Source of the DNA: Octopus bimaculoides
Lineage: Eukaryota
Direction of reading: 5' to 3'
DNA length: 64,000 bases
Assembly (NCBI RefSeq): GCF_001194135.2
Contig: NC_068982.1
Location: forward strand, 14,922,525 to 14,986,524
The translations under genes and the position numbers were made by a program. Below, piece after piece: positions 1-12,759 of the stretch. The notes below the pieces were generated by a model, which saw only the letters and a list, made by a program, of their open reading frames with translations, was not told the DNA's origin and made no database searches. How positions within the stretch are numbered: the stretch's first letter is position 1; each line of letters opens with the position of its first letter.

Positions 1-325
1 CAGCTTCTGGCCTTTCCAGTTCCTGTCAAATAATCCAACCCATGCCAGCATAGAAAAACAGACGTTTAATGTTGTTGATGATGACGGTGATGAGTTAAAA
101 ACAACCTTATCTGCTAGGCCATTTAATGCATATATAAATGCATGAATGCAGTCTGATATTATGTGAAAGTGCATAGCCTAGTGATCGAGATGTTAGGCCC
201 ACAGTAATAAGGTTATAGGTTCAATTCCTAGAGAGGGAAGCACATTGTGTCTTTAAGTATACACTTCATTTCATGCTACTCTATTTTGCTCAACCGGAAA
301 ATGGGTGCCTGCTGAATATTGGTTC

Positions 326-370
<45 letters not shown>

Positions 371-886
371 CTGCTACAGTATTCTCAATGTTTGCTGAGT
401 CAAGAGTGGGAGAGCCAAGACAGTGCCAGCTAGGTGGAATATATTTGACTGAGGAGGTTTAATAAGACTGAAACATCTCCATTGGTTTGAAAGACCTAAA
501 TCCACTCCTATCTGCATTGTCTTTATTTTTTAAATATTTTAATTGGATGATATTATTGGAGATTTTAAACACCTGTAGAAGAGTGTTCGCCTTCTAAATG
601 CATGGATTATCTCAGTTAATCAAAACTTTCAGCCAACTGCATGAACAATTCCGTACATATATTCATATCAGTTGAGAAGTTTCAAGAAGCTTCTTCTTAC
701 CTTTCAACATTCAGCCACTTTACCTTTTGCTAGTTAGGTACCTTACACCTGTCTTCCATAAAAACTCTTCACATAACTTTCAACTGAGCAGTTCTACATT
801 ATTACAGCTTTTTAGCAATTAGTTTCCTTTCTATCACTGTTGGTTCACCGATTCCATTTCTTTCCATGAATGATTATTATTGGGTG

Positions 887-1413
887 AGAGAGCAGTGCAT
901 GCTATCAAAGTGACACTGGGGTATAAATATACAAAGCCCAGCATACCCATCATGACTACCTGTCTGATAAGGGTACACTAGGCACATGCATCACAACCAT
1001 ATATGTGCGACATGGTGATCTCATATCAAGATAAACAGCACTTGACCTTGCAGGTGAATTTTCTCCCACTCCACTCAAAAGGTCCCTGAATAAAGGTCGT
1101 TAAAGGATGTTGAACAAAGCACCCATGTTTCCAAAGGCGAATTATTCAAACCCCAAAGAATTCCTCTCAACACATGGCTATGATGCTCCCCCACTACTTC
1201 TGCTCGTGATCAGAGATGCACATATCGTCAGCCACCAAGGCACATGCTCAACTGGTTAAGGTCAAACAATTGACAAGCAAACCTGTGGTACTGAGCAGAA
1301 TATTTGCTGTAGCCCATCTTTTTATATCAAGACAAAACAATGTACATGATAATACTTGTAATCAATTAAGACCAGAAGCCATGAGAGCCACTGCCTGGTA
1401 CTGCATCAGGGCA
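887..1413 (-). mobile_element. About 530-550-bp dispersed retroposon-like repeat, copy 1
   Basis: Closely similar to 37287-37835 over its length, with an internal deletion in this copy; flanked by (ATT)n on both sides. Orientation inferred from the (AAT)n tail. Confidence 0.7.
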
Positions 1414-1427
1414 ATTATTATTATTAC

Positions 1428-1462
<35 letters not shown>

Positions 1463-2004
1463 TTTGGGTGCAGGTATGGGTGTGCAGTTACAACTTTGTC
1501 TGCAAACCACATGGTTTTGAGTTCATTTCCACAGCATAGCAACTTAGGGACACATGTCTTCTATAGCTCTAAGCCATTCAAAGCTTTGTGAGTGAATTTG
1601 AGAGGTGGAAACTGAATGAAGCCCATCATTTATGTATATTTGTGTCTCCATGTCTCAACATTGTGTGGTAGTTGTAAACAAGTGTAACCATCATCTAAGA
1701 GGTGCTATTCATTTCCAATATTCTGTGGTAATATTAATGTTTGGTCATGGGGAAATATTATCTTGCTTGGCAGCAGGAAGAACATCCTCCCCTAGCATTC
1801 CATCATGTGACCCATGCAAGCATGGAAAAGCGGACGTTAAAGCAAAGATGATGATGACTATGGTAGGAGTGGATTGACAGAATTGTTAGCATGTTGGGAA
1901 AAAGGGCCTTACAGCATTTCTTCTGGCTCCTTACATTCTGAGTTCAAACTACGCCAAGGACATCTTTGCCTTTCATCTCTCCAGTGTCTCATCATCTTCA
2001 TTGT

Positions 2005-2160
2005 TGTCGTCGTTTAACGTCCACTTTCCATGCTGGCATGGGTTGGACGGTTTGACTGAGGGCTGGCAAACCAGATGGCTGCACCAGGCTCCAATCTGAT
2101 TTGGCAAAGTTTCTACAGCTGGATGCCCTTCCTAACGCCAACCACTCCAAGAGTGTAGTG
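2005..2160 (-). mobile_element. SINE/RTE-tail family C (ttggcgttaggaagggcatccagc...ccatgccagcatggaaag..gacgttaaacgatgatg)
   Basis: (CAT)n tail at left and conserved aggaagggcatccagc box. Further fragments at 1-90, 1790-1865, 12625-12748, 15495-15610, 15960-16100, 42440-42612, 51620-51850, 57080-57180 and 62900-63010. Confidence 0.8.
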
Positions 2161-2284
2161 GTCTATAAAACAAAATACCAGTCAAGTACTGGGCTCAGTG
2201 GTGTCAACCAACTTCCTCCTCTTACAATTGCTGGCCTTGTGCCTAAATCGGAAAGCATTATCATTGTTGTTGTTGTTAAGTCAA

Positions 2285-2482
2285 CAAGCTGGCAAAATCA
2301 TTAGCACACTGGACAGCATGTTTAGTGGTATTTCTTCTGGTTTTACGTTCTGGGTTTAAATTCTGTTGTGACTGACATGGCATTTCATCCTTTCGAGGAT
2401 GAAGCATCAGTTGAAGCATCAGGTGGATGTAATTGACTAGCTACCTCTCCTAAAATTTCTGGCCTTGTGCCTATATTAGAAA
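2285..2482 (+). mobile_element. SINE family B, diverged
   Basis: gctggcaaaatcattagc...gcatttcatcctttcgagg...ggccttgtgcctatattagaaagg; a similar partial copy lies at 1868-1985. Confidence 0.7.
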
Positions 2483-2487
2483 GGATT

Positions 2488-2860
2488 ATTATTATCTCCG
2501 CCTTCGCGAAGGCAGAAGTATTGTTTTCAGTTGTGTTTGTTTGTTTGTCCATGGACAAGATATCTCAAGAGCCACTTGATGGATTCGGATGAAACTTTCA
2601 GGGATGTTTGGCCTCGTGACTGCCACAAACTGATTAGATTTTGGGATTGATCCGGTACCGGCCAAGGATTCTGGATTATTTTACTAGTTTTTTTCACTTA
2701 ATTTTCAAGAGTGTTCAGGTTCATTTCTAGTATTCTTGTTTATGAGAGCAGTCTAGTTTATTTCAGATATTCTCATTTTAATATCATCTCTGGCTAACCA
2801 TTGAGAGGATGTTAGTGTTGCCTTCGCAGGGTTTATGCTTTCTGAGTGTTCTTCTTCTTG
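2488..2860 (+). mobile_element. Helentron-associated non-autonomous element (HINE/DINE-1-like)
   Basis: Starts in a TT/ATT context with palindrome ctccgccttcg-cgaaggcagaag, then a (GTTT)n microsatellite and ggattcggatgaaactttcaggg. Ends with a sub-terminal repeat gccttcgcaggg followed by ctttctgagtgttctt. Confidence 0.65.
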
Positions 2861-3169
2861 TTGTTGCTTAATTGCCTTGCATAACTTCACTCACTCTGAG
2901 TGCAGCTTTATACTTTTATTTTAGTTTTGTATTTTCTGTTGTATTAAAAAATACTCTATGAAATATAAGTGCAATGCCTAGTAGTGCTATCTTCTGTATT
3001 TTGTGAAAATTTATATTTTTCTACATGTTTTTTTTTTATTATTATTTTCATGCCACCAAATATCATAGGAACTGTTTGTTTTCATTCCTCATATTTCCAA
3101 ATCTTTATATTTTAATATTTTCTTCAATTCCTTCAAATACATTATTGTCTGTTGGGGCTTAAACTTTGA

Positions 3170-3560
3170 TTAGGAGGTACTCTCTATGATGACAGCAATA
3201 TCCAGCCAATTAGCCCTTATTCTCCTGTCTGTGTGGATTAACATCTCCCAGAGTTTGATCACTTCGTCAGTCTCTCAGACCTTTTCTTATGTATGTTTAC
3301 ACTACCTCTTTGCTGTTAGTATTTCATAATGTTGCCACAACATTCAGTATATGAGAGTGCCAAAGCAGCCAGAGACAATATGATAAATTGTTTCTTCTCC
3401 AACCGCCACATATTCTGCAGTTACTTCATTTTTTTCTGTTTCATTCTGTGCTTTTGGTAGTTTCTCATAACAGGGCGTTGATTCTGTATCACATTTCAAA
3501 ATCCTTTAGTCTTATCTTTCTTCAATGCGGCACTTTTTAGCAAATGCTGCAATTTTTCTG
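3170..3560 (-). mobile_element. Degenerate R4/Dong-type non-LTR retrotransposon, C-terminal part (CCHC finger plus restriction-like endonuclease)
   Basis: Minus-strand remnants read RNYQK, CRICG, TIYHIVSGC and IHTDRRIRANWLDI, matching the C-X2-C...H..SGC knuckle and the TD...A.RPDI endonuclease motif; many stops and frameshifts. Confidence 0.75.
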
Positions 3561-3566
3561 TGTATA

Positions 3567-3962
3567 TACTCTTTACTTGCTTGTTTCAGTTATTTGACTG
3601 CGGCCATGCTGGAGCACTGCCCTTATAGTTGAGCATATCAACCCCAGGACTTATTATTTGAAAGCCTAGTACTTATTCTATCGGTCTCTTTTGCCAAACC
3701 GTTAAGTTACAGGGACGTAAACAAACCAGCATCGGTTGCCAAACGATGCTGGGGGGACAAAAAGACACACACACACATACATATACATATATACATATAC
3801 AACAGGCTTCTTACAGTTTCCGTCCACCAAATCCACTCACAAGGCTTTGGTCAGCCAAGGCTATAGTAGAAGATACTTGCCCAAGGTGCCACACAATGGG
3901 ACTGAACCCGGGACCATGTGGTTGGTAAGCAAGCTACTTACCACACAGCCACTCCTGCGCCT
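3567..3962 (-). mobile_element. SINE family A (tRNA-derived head, central (GT)n, GGTGCTCCAGCATGG tail), full length
   Basis: Minus strand AGGCGCAGGAGTGGCTGTGTGG (A box)...GGTTCAGTCC (B box)...GGCACCTTGGGCAAG. Inserted into the R4 LINE. Confidence 0.85.
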
Positions 3963-3964
3963 AT

Positions 3965-4850
3965 GTCTACTTTCAAGTTTTTTGTATTGGCCATAAAGGG
4001 GTTATTTTTATCATATGTAGCTCTATTTTTAGCTTATATTTTAGGGTTTTTTTTTCATACTTTGTTCTTGTTTCTCCTTTCTCTTTCCCATTGTTATTTA
4101 AACTTCTGTTTTCTATTTGTTGGCTTCCTGGAACACTATAAAAAAACACTCTCTTTTGCGGTCCATGTCTTGTAGCTATTCCTTTTAGTTTTCTATTATA
4201 CATTATTGAATATATTTATAGTCCTGTATGAATAACTTATAATAGTTTCTCGTTGCTTAAGGCCTATGTCTCCCTGTTTTTGTACTAAATATAACATTTC
4301 TGTATCAAATTTTGGAGCAACAAATTCTACATCTGGTCATTATTTTTTCTTGTCTTGCTAATTTATTTAGCATCCAGTTGAGATTATTGTAACTATGACT
4401 TATTCCTTGAATAGCAAAAGTACTGATATGTTACCCTATTTGTTTGTATTTAGCTCTGTTTTAAGTGTTAATCTAATGCAGCTGTAATATTCCTTCTTCA
4501 CCTTTTCTTTCATTTGCACATGTTATAAATTATGTAGTTCATTAATTCCTAAATATTTATATGTCCATGTCTGGTTGGGTTCTTTAATCTTTGTTAGTTT
4601 TTGTAGCATGATATAATTATCATTCTTAAATAATTTTCTTCTTTTCAAGGTTGCTTTGGAGCATTTTTCAAATCCAAGTCCCTTACAAATATTTTCATTA
4701 AATCTATGTACTATTTGCAGCAGTGTTTCTAGTTGTTTATCTGCAACATACAATTTAAGGGTTTTCATGCGCACAAGATTAATGTTTGTTCAAAGGTGCT
4801 CCAACCATGACCATCCTTCTCAAGAAGCTAAAACAAAAAAGAAATAGGAA
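3965..4850 (-). mobile_element. Degenerate R4/Dong-type retrotransposon, RT region (same element as 3170-3560, split by a SINE)
   Basis: ORF 4523-4774 KTLKLYVADKQLETLLQIVHRFNENICKGLGFEKCSKATLKRRKL resembles YMDDLKLYA...FS.DI.M.FGL.KCAKA of R4-clade RTs; YKYLGI motif downstream. Confidence 0.75.
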
Positions 4851-5471
4851 AATGGTAGTGTCAAAGTTTTAGTTGATGGTTGCTGTTTAACCTCAACAAC
4901 CGCCAGCCAAAATCAGCCCTGGTTAAGCAAAAGCATTCAAGCTATGATCATCCTGTCTTTTTTTTTCCTGGAGTCTGTTTAGGATTACCCTATTATACTA
5001 TATGCTGACTTTTTAAGACAATAGGATGTGATTCAAGGGAAAATTTGGTTGCTATTTCTAGCTGGACGTTGAACCACTTAGATGGTCTCTCATTGGCTTG
5101 AAGGTTTTGATGATTGAATATAATGTTAGAGGAGCACAAAAGTCCTTTATTTTGATTTGAGTGACTGAGTGTCACTTATGATTATCTTTCTATGTGTTCT
5201 TAGTGTATGGTTGACCCTTTACCTTAAGCAGGGTCCTCCCTACTGCAACCATTTGGATCAGGTCTTTAGTCTGAAGATAAGCTGCTTTCTGATAAAGCAA
5301 CCCATGAGCCAGGGGCAGGGGTGGTGGGTGGAGGTATGGGAGTGGGGATGGGGAGGATAGGGGTGTGGAGTGAAATTGAAAGTGGTGGTAGGATATCTTC
5401 TTCACATTTGCTTCCAAGTCTCAGGAGGTTCTTAGAAAAGATCAGGCATGCTATCTCTCCACTTCAAACTA

Positions 5472-5502
<31 letters not shown>

Positions 5503-6222
5503 CAAAACCAAATATTGCTGCTGGTAGTGCCCCCCCCCCCCCAGCATGGCTACAGCTGACAGGCTGGAAAACAGGTTAGAGAGTAAAATAGTAGAGCATC
5601 CAACTGCTTAGAAGCACACTTGTTGGCTCGAAGTCTCTTAATGTATTTACTTTTTGTGATTCTGGAACCAAAATAAAGATATCCTATTGTGTAAATAAAT
5701 TTAGAGCTGGAAAAATAAACAAAAAATATTACCTCTCTCTCTCTCACACACACATACACATATGCTGTCATACACACACACTAATATATAAATATGTGTA
5801 TGCACACACACACACAGTATGTAGGAGAAGAAAGGAAGTATACTATTTCTTGTTCACTTCTTTTAACGAGTTTCCAAAATTAGACGAATATCAAAATGTT
5901 TAAATTACATCTTTAAGTTTACATTATCTCATGTTTTGTTTCGTTAAAAAAAATATATAAAACTGGGGCAACTCAGAAAGGATCCATTGTAAGTTAATCT
6001 TTTAGGAATATATTTGGATTACAGATGTCTGGGTGAGTCGGTGGAGGTGCTCACCTAAACACTGGCTGCCAATTTTTCATCACTTCTAGTTAAATAGATA
6101 TCAAGTACTTCCGCTTTGGAGTACAAACCATCAGAATGTTAGCACGTTGTATTTATGATAGATATTCACTTCAGCATGTTTTTTAGTGGGGGGTGGGGTT
6201 CTGCCAACCACTGGAATATATC

Positions 6223-6259
<37 letters not shown>

Positions 6260-6422
6260 ATATGTATGCGTGTGTGTGTGGATATGTATGCGTGTGTGTG
6301 TGGGTGGATGGGTGGATGTGAAGGGATATTCTTTGATGTTTATTTTTATTCGCCTCGGCATGCTAACAAATAGTCACTCAGTTATCCTGCAGGCCATTAC
6401 ACTTCTGAATTAAACTTAGCTT

Positions 6423-6453
<31 letters not shown>

Positions 6454-8154
6454 TGTGTGTTGTATGTGAGTGGTGTGTGTGTGTGTGAGTGAGTGAGTGT
6501 TGTGTTGTGTGTGTGTGTGTGTGTGTGTACTGCTTGGCTGATTATGAAGTTTGCTTCCCAGTCACATGCTTTTGTGTTTATTCCCGCTGTTTGTGTACCT
6601 TGGACAAGTGTCTTCTACTATTGCTGCCCTGCATATGGACAATGGAGAGATCAGAACAACTCCAAAAGGATGAAAAGCAAAGAAAGTTCACCTCAGGGTG
6701 TTTGAACAAATATCACAAGGCATTCTGTCCTTCTATCCAACACTCTAATAACTCTGCTAATTCACTACCTATAAACCAATAATGAAGTATACTTTGAGAT
6801 TTTTTTTCATATCAATATACTTTAATATAAAGTATTTCAAATTCCACCAAGGTCAACTTTGCCTTTCATCCTTGTGCCAAAATTTGAAAATAGTATAAAC
6901 TATTTGCCTCTAGATTGTGATGTCAGCCTTTTATAACATCATTTCTAAGTAACTGAAACTTTATTTATATATTTATCATGTTTACCAAATTGTAGTCATA
7001 GAGATGGATATGCCATCAGTTTCAAACACAAGTAATCAGTTGTTTAATAAGACTTTCAACTTTCTTATTAAATTAATATGCCAGTAGTTGAGTATTCTGT
7101 GGCTATGTGTATCCTTAGCATATTAACTGCCACACATACCACTGGTGATATGTGTGGCAGTCCATCACAAACTTCACACATCTGCCATATGCATCACAAG
7201 TGGTACATTTTCATAATTTGAGAAAATATTTTATTCTGTAAGTTTAATTATGGAATATTGTAAAAATATAAAAAACATTACATTTCCTTGTAATTAAACA
7301 ATATGCAGTGTGACTGGAAATACATGACATCACCAGTAATTTCCAGTGACAAACCACAACAGTTAACATGTTAACGTTGTCCTTAGGCTGTGTGACACAA
7401 TATGTGACTTTTGATTTACTGGTACATCCATTTGACAGGCTTCCAAGATACCTTACATTGGATTGAACCTGAGATGTCATGATTATAGAGTAAACTTCTT
7501 AGTCATTTGGCCATGTTCCATTAGTATATAAGATTAGTATTTATCATGGGAAAAATCAATTGAAAAGTAATTAATAAAAATTGTCATTTATTCCCATTGA
7601 GACTAGATTAAGACAAGTTCTTTCCAGCTGGCATTTTCTGTTCTAATTAACGTCATTGCAGTCTTTTGATTCTAGTGAATTGGCACTTGACTGAGATTCT
7701 TTAGCAGCTGATGTTTTGGTATGTACAAACGCTTGTATTTATGATTCTATAATGATATGTTAGGTTACCAAGTTACAGAACAACATGAGATGAAATTATC
7801 TTCAGTTGTTTTGTTGCATATCTACAAAAAGTTAATCAAATGAGCCATCATTCCAGAGTGTTGCAGTGCTGGGGAAGAATGTTTAAGCAAAGTGTTTAGA
7901 GTGCCATATCTTAGTGATGAGACAAGAAGATGGATGAAAAGAGGAAAGACAACAGGTACGTCAGCTTAGGTGAGAAAGAGATGCTGATATGCATCTCTTT
8001 GATCAGAAGAAAGTTTGTGAATTTGGTTAAGTTCATATTGTGTGAGGAGAAGAAAAATTTGATCTTTTGGGAGAGAAACTTTGTGTTATTATGAGATTAG
8101 TTTATAAAAACATTTATTTTCCTTAATCATGATTCCATTATTTCTGAAGGTGGG

Positions 8155-8346
8155 AAGCACCTGTGCTGATGCCATGTATAAAGCACCAAGTACACTCTAA
8201 TAAAGTGATTAGCACCAGGAAGGGCATCCAGCCATAGAAACCATACCAAAACAGACAATTGGTGCCTGGTGTAGCTCTCTGGCTTTCCCAGCTCTTGTCC
8301 AACCATCCAACCCATGCCAGTATGAACAACAGACGTTAAATGATGA
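8155..8346 (+). mobile_element. Family C copy
   Basis: aggaagggcatccagccatagaaacc...ccatgccagtatgaacaacagacgttaaatgatgag. Confidence 0.8.
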
Positions 8347-8396
8347 GGTGGAGAAAGAGGAGGATTAAATCTCAAATTGTGTGTGTGTGTATAAAC

Positions 8397-8506
<110 letters not shown>

Positions 8507-9504
8507 GATCATAATAACTACTAATTTCATTCACATACAGGTGGAATAAGTAGTCAAACATAAAATGCCTGAATTTCCTGTCTGAATAATGTGTAATTGC
8601 TTGCAAATATTTGTTAGCGATTATTATTGCTGGTTTTAAGGGAGGAGTAAATGCAAGCTGTAGCGTTCATGACTTTCTTAATGTAACGTAAAATGCTTTA
8701 GTAATGTAAGTAAAGTGTAATAGCAACAATAAGAACTCAAAACTATGTTGCAGCCTTGGTTTGCTGAGAAGATAACTTTTTATGGTTGTCTAGACTATGT
8801 TGAATGGTTGACCAACTGACTGAACAGGCTGCCAGACATTCGGCTTAGACAGAGCACAATCAGTAGGGCACTAGAAGTCAACATTATCATATTCTGCTGC
8901 TGGCATTACATTGTATTGTAGTAGCTGAGGTGGAGGTACATGGCATAGTGGTGAGGGTATTGGACTCATGACCGTAAAATTGTGGTTTTGATTCGTGGAC
9001 TGGGTGTAGCATTGTGTTCTTGAGCAGAATGCTTCGTTTCACATTGCTCGAGTTCATCATCCAGTAAAAATGAATAATCCTGGGACAACCCAGTGACCCA
9101 TCCAGGGTGGAACACATACTCAAAAGAAACTGGGAATCCGAGCCTGTGCTCCTTTACGAAGTAATGTGGACCAACCATAGTAGCCAAGACTTAGCTCTAA
9201 GCTGTTAATTTTTAACCCCAAATTAGTTCTGGTCCAACTGACTTCTGATCAAAGGCTTGTGATCTCTCTATCTGATTTTTAAACTTAATGTATGTCTAGA
9301 ACTACAGTATCTAATGTTACATTCATTTTTTTAAAGATAGTAGTGTGACTTGAAACACATTTGGTTGCTATTTCTGGCATGTCATTATCTGCATAGGGAC
9401 ACCTTCATTGTTTCATCATATTATTGAAATTTTGAAGGTAAAAGGCAGTGCATGATTCATTCAAATCATAAGGGGATCTTCCCCATTAACCTTCTCCTCT
9501 CACC

Positions 9505-9776
9505 CATATTTCATCCTCAAACACCCAAAGGGCACTGGTAATGGTGCCATGTCAAAAGCACTGGAGCTGGTGCTGTGTAGGAGGCACAGGCGATGGTGCC
9601 ACATAAAGAGCACTCCGTACACTCTGTGAAATGGTTGGCATTAAGAATGGCAAAGAACTGTAGAAACCATGTCAAAGCAGAGTATAGAACCTGGTGTGGC
9701 TCCTGGCCTTGCCAGCTCCTGTCAAACTGTCCGACCCATGCCAGCATGGAAAACGGACACTAAATGATGATGATGA
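9505..9776 (+). mobile_element. Family C copy with internal repeat units
   Basis: Conserved box and (GAT)n tail. Confidence 0.75.
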
Positions 9777-10057
9777 ATGCGAATAAATTTAGCAATACAT
9801 TTGACGGAATAATCTGAATGTTAAAGGATTAAAGCTTGGAAGGCCATTTCTAAAACTCCAAAATTACAGTCAAATGGCCAACGTGTTACACAGTATCTCT
9901 CTATTCTCCTAAATAAGACATAATTATGACATATTCTGATATATTGGATCTCTCTGATTCGTGCCCCAAATTTTGATCTATCAACTCCTTGTCATAAGCC
10001 ATATTAACTCACTCATTCTAATGCCTACTAGCAGACAGGGTGTACAGAAATTATGTT

Positions 10058-10447
10058 TTATCTTTTACTTGTTTCCCTCGTTAGACTGCAGCCATGCTGG
10101 AGCACCACCTTGAAGAATTTTAGTTGAATGGATCGACCCCTGGCCATTTTTTTTAAAGCTTGGTACTTACTCTGTGTCTTTGATGAGCTGCTAAGTTACA
10201 GGGATGTAAACACACCAACACTGGTTGTCAAGTGGTGGGGGGGGGGGACAAACACAGACATATACATACACACAGACACACATATATGATGGGCTTCTTT
10301 TAGTTTCCATCTACGAAATCCTCTCACAAGGCTTTGGTCAGCCCATGGCTATAGTAGAAGACACTTGCCCAGAGTACCACACAGTGGGACTGAACCTGGA
10401 ACCATGTGGTGGACAAGCAATTTTCTTACTACACAACCACATCTGTG
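10058..10447 (-). mobile_element. SINE family A, full length
   Basis: Same head, body and tail as 3567-3962. Confidence 0.8.
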
Positions 10448-11082
10448 CTTAATATAAAACATTTTGCAAAGTGTAAAAAAATTGTATGAATTCATGTATT
10501 TTGACTAAAATATATCACATGTGATGTATTATATAAATATAACATTACTGTCTACATGGAACAGAAATTCTATATATTTAGACATATCCCTCTTAATATT
10601 TATCTGTTTATTTAAAAATAAATAGGTGAACAATCTAACATTTCTCCTTTACAGCATTTATGTAATACTTTATATCAGTTTCTTTTTTTTTTATCAAACG
10701 TCTACTTTTTATATTGCTATTAAATTAGTCAGTTTTTTATATTGTAGTCTCTTCTAGCAAGTATATATTTTTTACTTCTAATTTGCTTTCCATTCATTTT
10801 CTACCTGAAGGTTTATGTCTTATTGACTAAAACATTTTGTTTCTTACTAAAACATTTCGTTTCTTATCTTTGCTATTACTCTGATCATGTATATCTCTAA
10901 GCAAATACAATCAACCTTCTGAGAAATCCCTTTTTATCAATATAAGTTTGATTTTTCTTGTGATGGGAGTGGCTTTATTTTATAGAGCTCCTTTTCTTTT
11001 TAGCATTTCTTTTTCTAGTTGACAGCAATGATAGAGATATTAATATTTCTAAGTCTCTCTAAAGGAGACTACGGCAGCGGTA

Positions 11083-11493
11083 CTGGATATTAATAGTTAT
11101 TGCCAAGCTAACATGACAGTCCAGAAAAATAGGACGAATGCTGCCATTGATTAGCTCCAAGAGGCCATCGTCTCTAGCTAGCTATGTGACACACGAACCT
11201 GTGTCCATTATAACCTTCGAACAGGGGGTCAAGTAAATAATCCTACGGTCAGTAGTGACACCTGCTCGGTTTGGCTGCTCTTCATTGATAAAGGGCAAAT
11301 AACCTGAAACTAGTCTGTAGATGCCAGACCAGCAAGGGGAAGCGGCTGACCTCCCTTTTTCAAAGCTTATAATGGATACAGGTTCGTGTGTCACATAGCT
11401 AGAGGTGATGGCCTTTTGGAGCTAATCAACAGCAGCATTCTTCCTATTTTTCTGGACTGCCATGTTAGCTTGGCGATAACTCTTAATATACAG
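11083..11493. repeat. Fold-back element, about 148-bp inverted arms around a 115-nt loop
   Basis: 11083-11230 is the reverse complement of 11346-11493 with scattered mismatches. Confidence 0.9.
11279..11321 (+). ncRNA. Minimal type-I hammerhead ribozyme motif, U3-A8 variant
   Basis: tcttca-TTGATAA-AGG(gcaaataa)CCT-GAAAC-TA-GTC|tgtaga. Stem I 5/6 pairs, stem II 3 bp, palindromic stem III ACTAGT, GUC site. Confidence 0.6.
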
Positions 11494-12759
11494 CAGTGAT
11501 AATTTTAAAGGAATGTAAAAACAATGTCAAAGTGAGAAATAGAGACAGGGAAAGAGCAATGAGAAGATAGAGAGAGATCAAAGAGAGATACAAACAGACG
11601 GGTAGATTCAACTATCTCTTGGTATAGCTTCTTAAGCAGTGTTTTAAAACCTTTTTTGTCCCATGCTCCACTTTGATTTTCACCCCAAAAATGCAGTTGC
11701 AGGTGTGACTGTATGGTAAGATGTTCGTTTCTCAACCACATGGTTCCAGGTTCAGTCCCACTGCATGACACCTTGGATAAGTGTCTTCAACTATAGCCTA
11801 AGTCAACCCAAGCTTTGTCAGTGGATTTGGTAGATGGAAACTGAAAGAAGCCTATTGTATATAAATATAAAGGTTGACCCTTTGAAATACCAGTTCAATT
11901 CATTTTTGCCAGCTGTGTTGACTGGAGCAATGTGAAATAAAGTGCCTTGCTCAAGGACACAACACATCGCCGGGAATTGAACCTATGACCTTACGATCAT
12001 GAGCCAAATATTCTAACCACTAAGCAACACTCCTTCACTTGTTTCATTGACAGAAGTGCAAGAGAAGAAGGGTGAAAAAAACCCCCATAATTTATAAACT
12101 AAAATGAGAAATATTTTAAAATTATTTTAGCTTGGGTGTAATCCCCTTCCAGGTCAGTTGTAAGACAAGTATTTAGTATTGGCACTAAACATTAATCAAA
12201 ATTCCATGAGGCTGAAAAGACATGGAATTAGACTAGTCTCAAATGAGGCATGAAATTGTTAGGAATTCTAAAAGTCTATCCCCTCTGCTTACATCAGGGA
12301 ACTACAAAACCCTCTCACAACCTTATCTCTAATGAAATACACTATCTCTATATTTTATCTTCTGAAACCTAAAACTTATTCTATTGGTCTCTATTGGCAA
12401 ACTGCTAAGTTACAGGGCCATAAGCACACTGACACCAATTGTCAAGCAATGGTGGGGGACAAAACAAAGAGACAATAGAGTAAGTAATAGGCTTAAGAAA
12501 AAGAATATAAGTAGATGAGTTGATTTATTTGACTAAGAATTTTTCAAGGGGTGCCCCAGCATGGCCACACACTAATGACAAACAAATAAAAGAAAGTAAA
12601 AATTTATTAGTAAGTAACATAATCTATCCTTCCCACCCAATTATTCACTCTGATTGGAGCCTGGTGCAGCCATCTGGTTCGCCAGTCCTCAGTCAAATCA
12701 TTCAACCCATGCCAGCATGGAAAGCGGACGTTAAACGATGATGATGATCTCACTATAGA

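Noticed and set aside
7930-7961. ATG...AG|GTACGT (MDEKRKDN) on plus
   Set aside because: Too short, no support, and not ZIP13-like.
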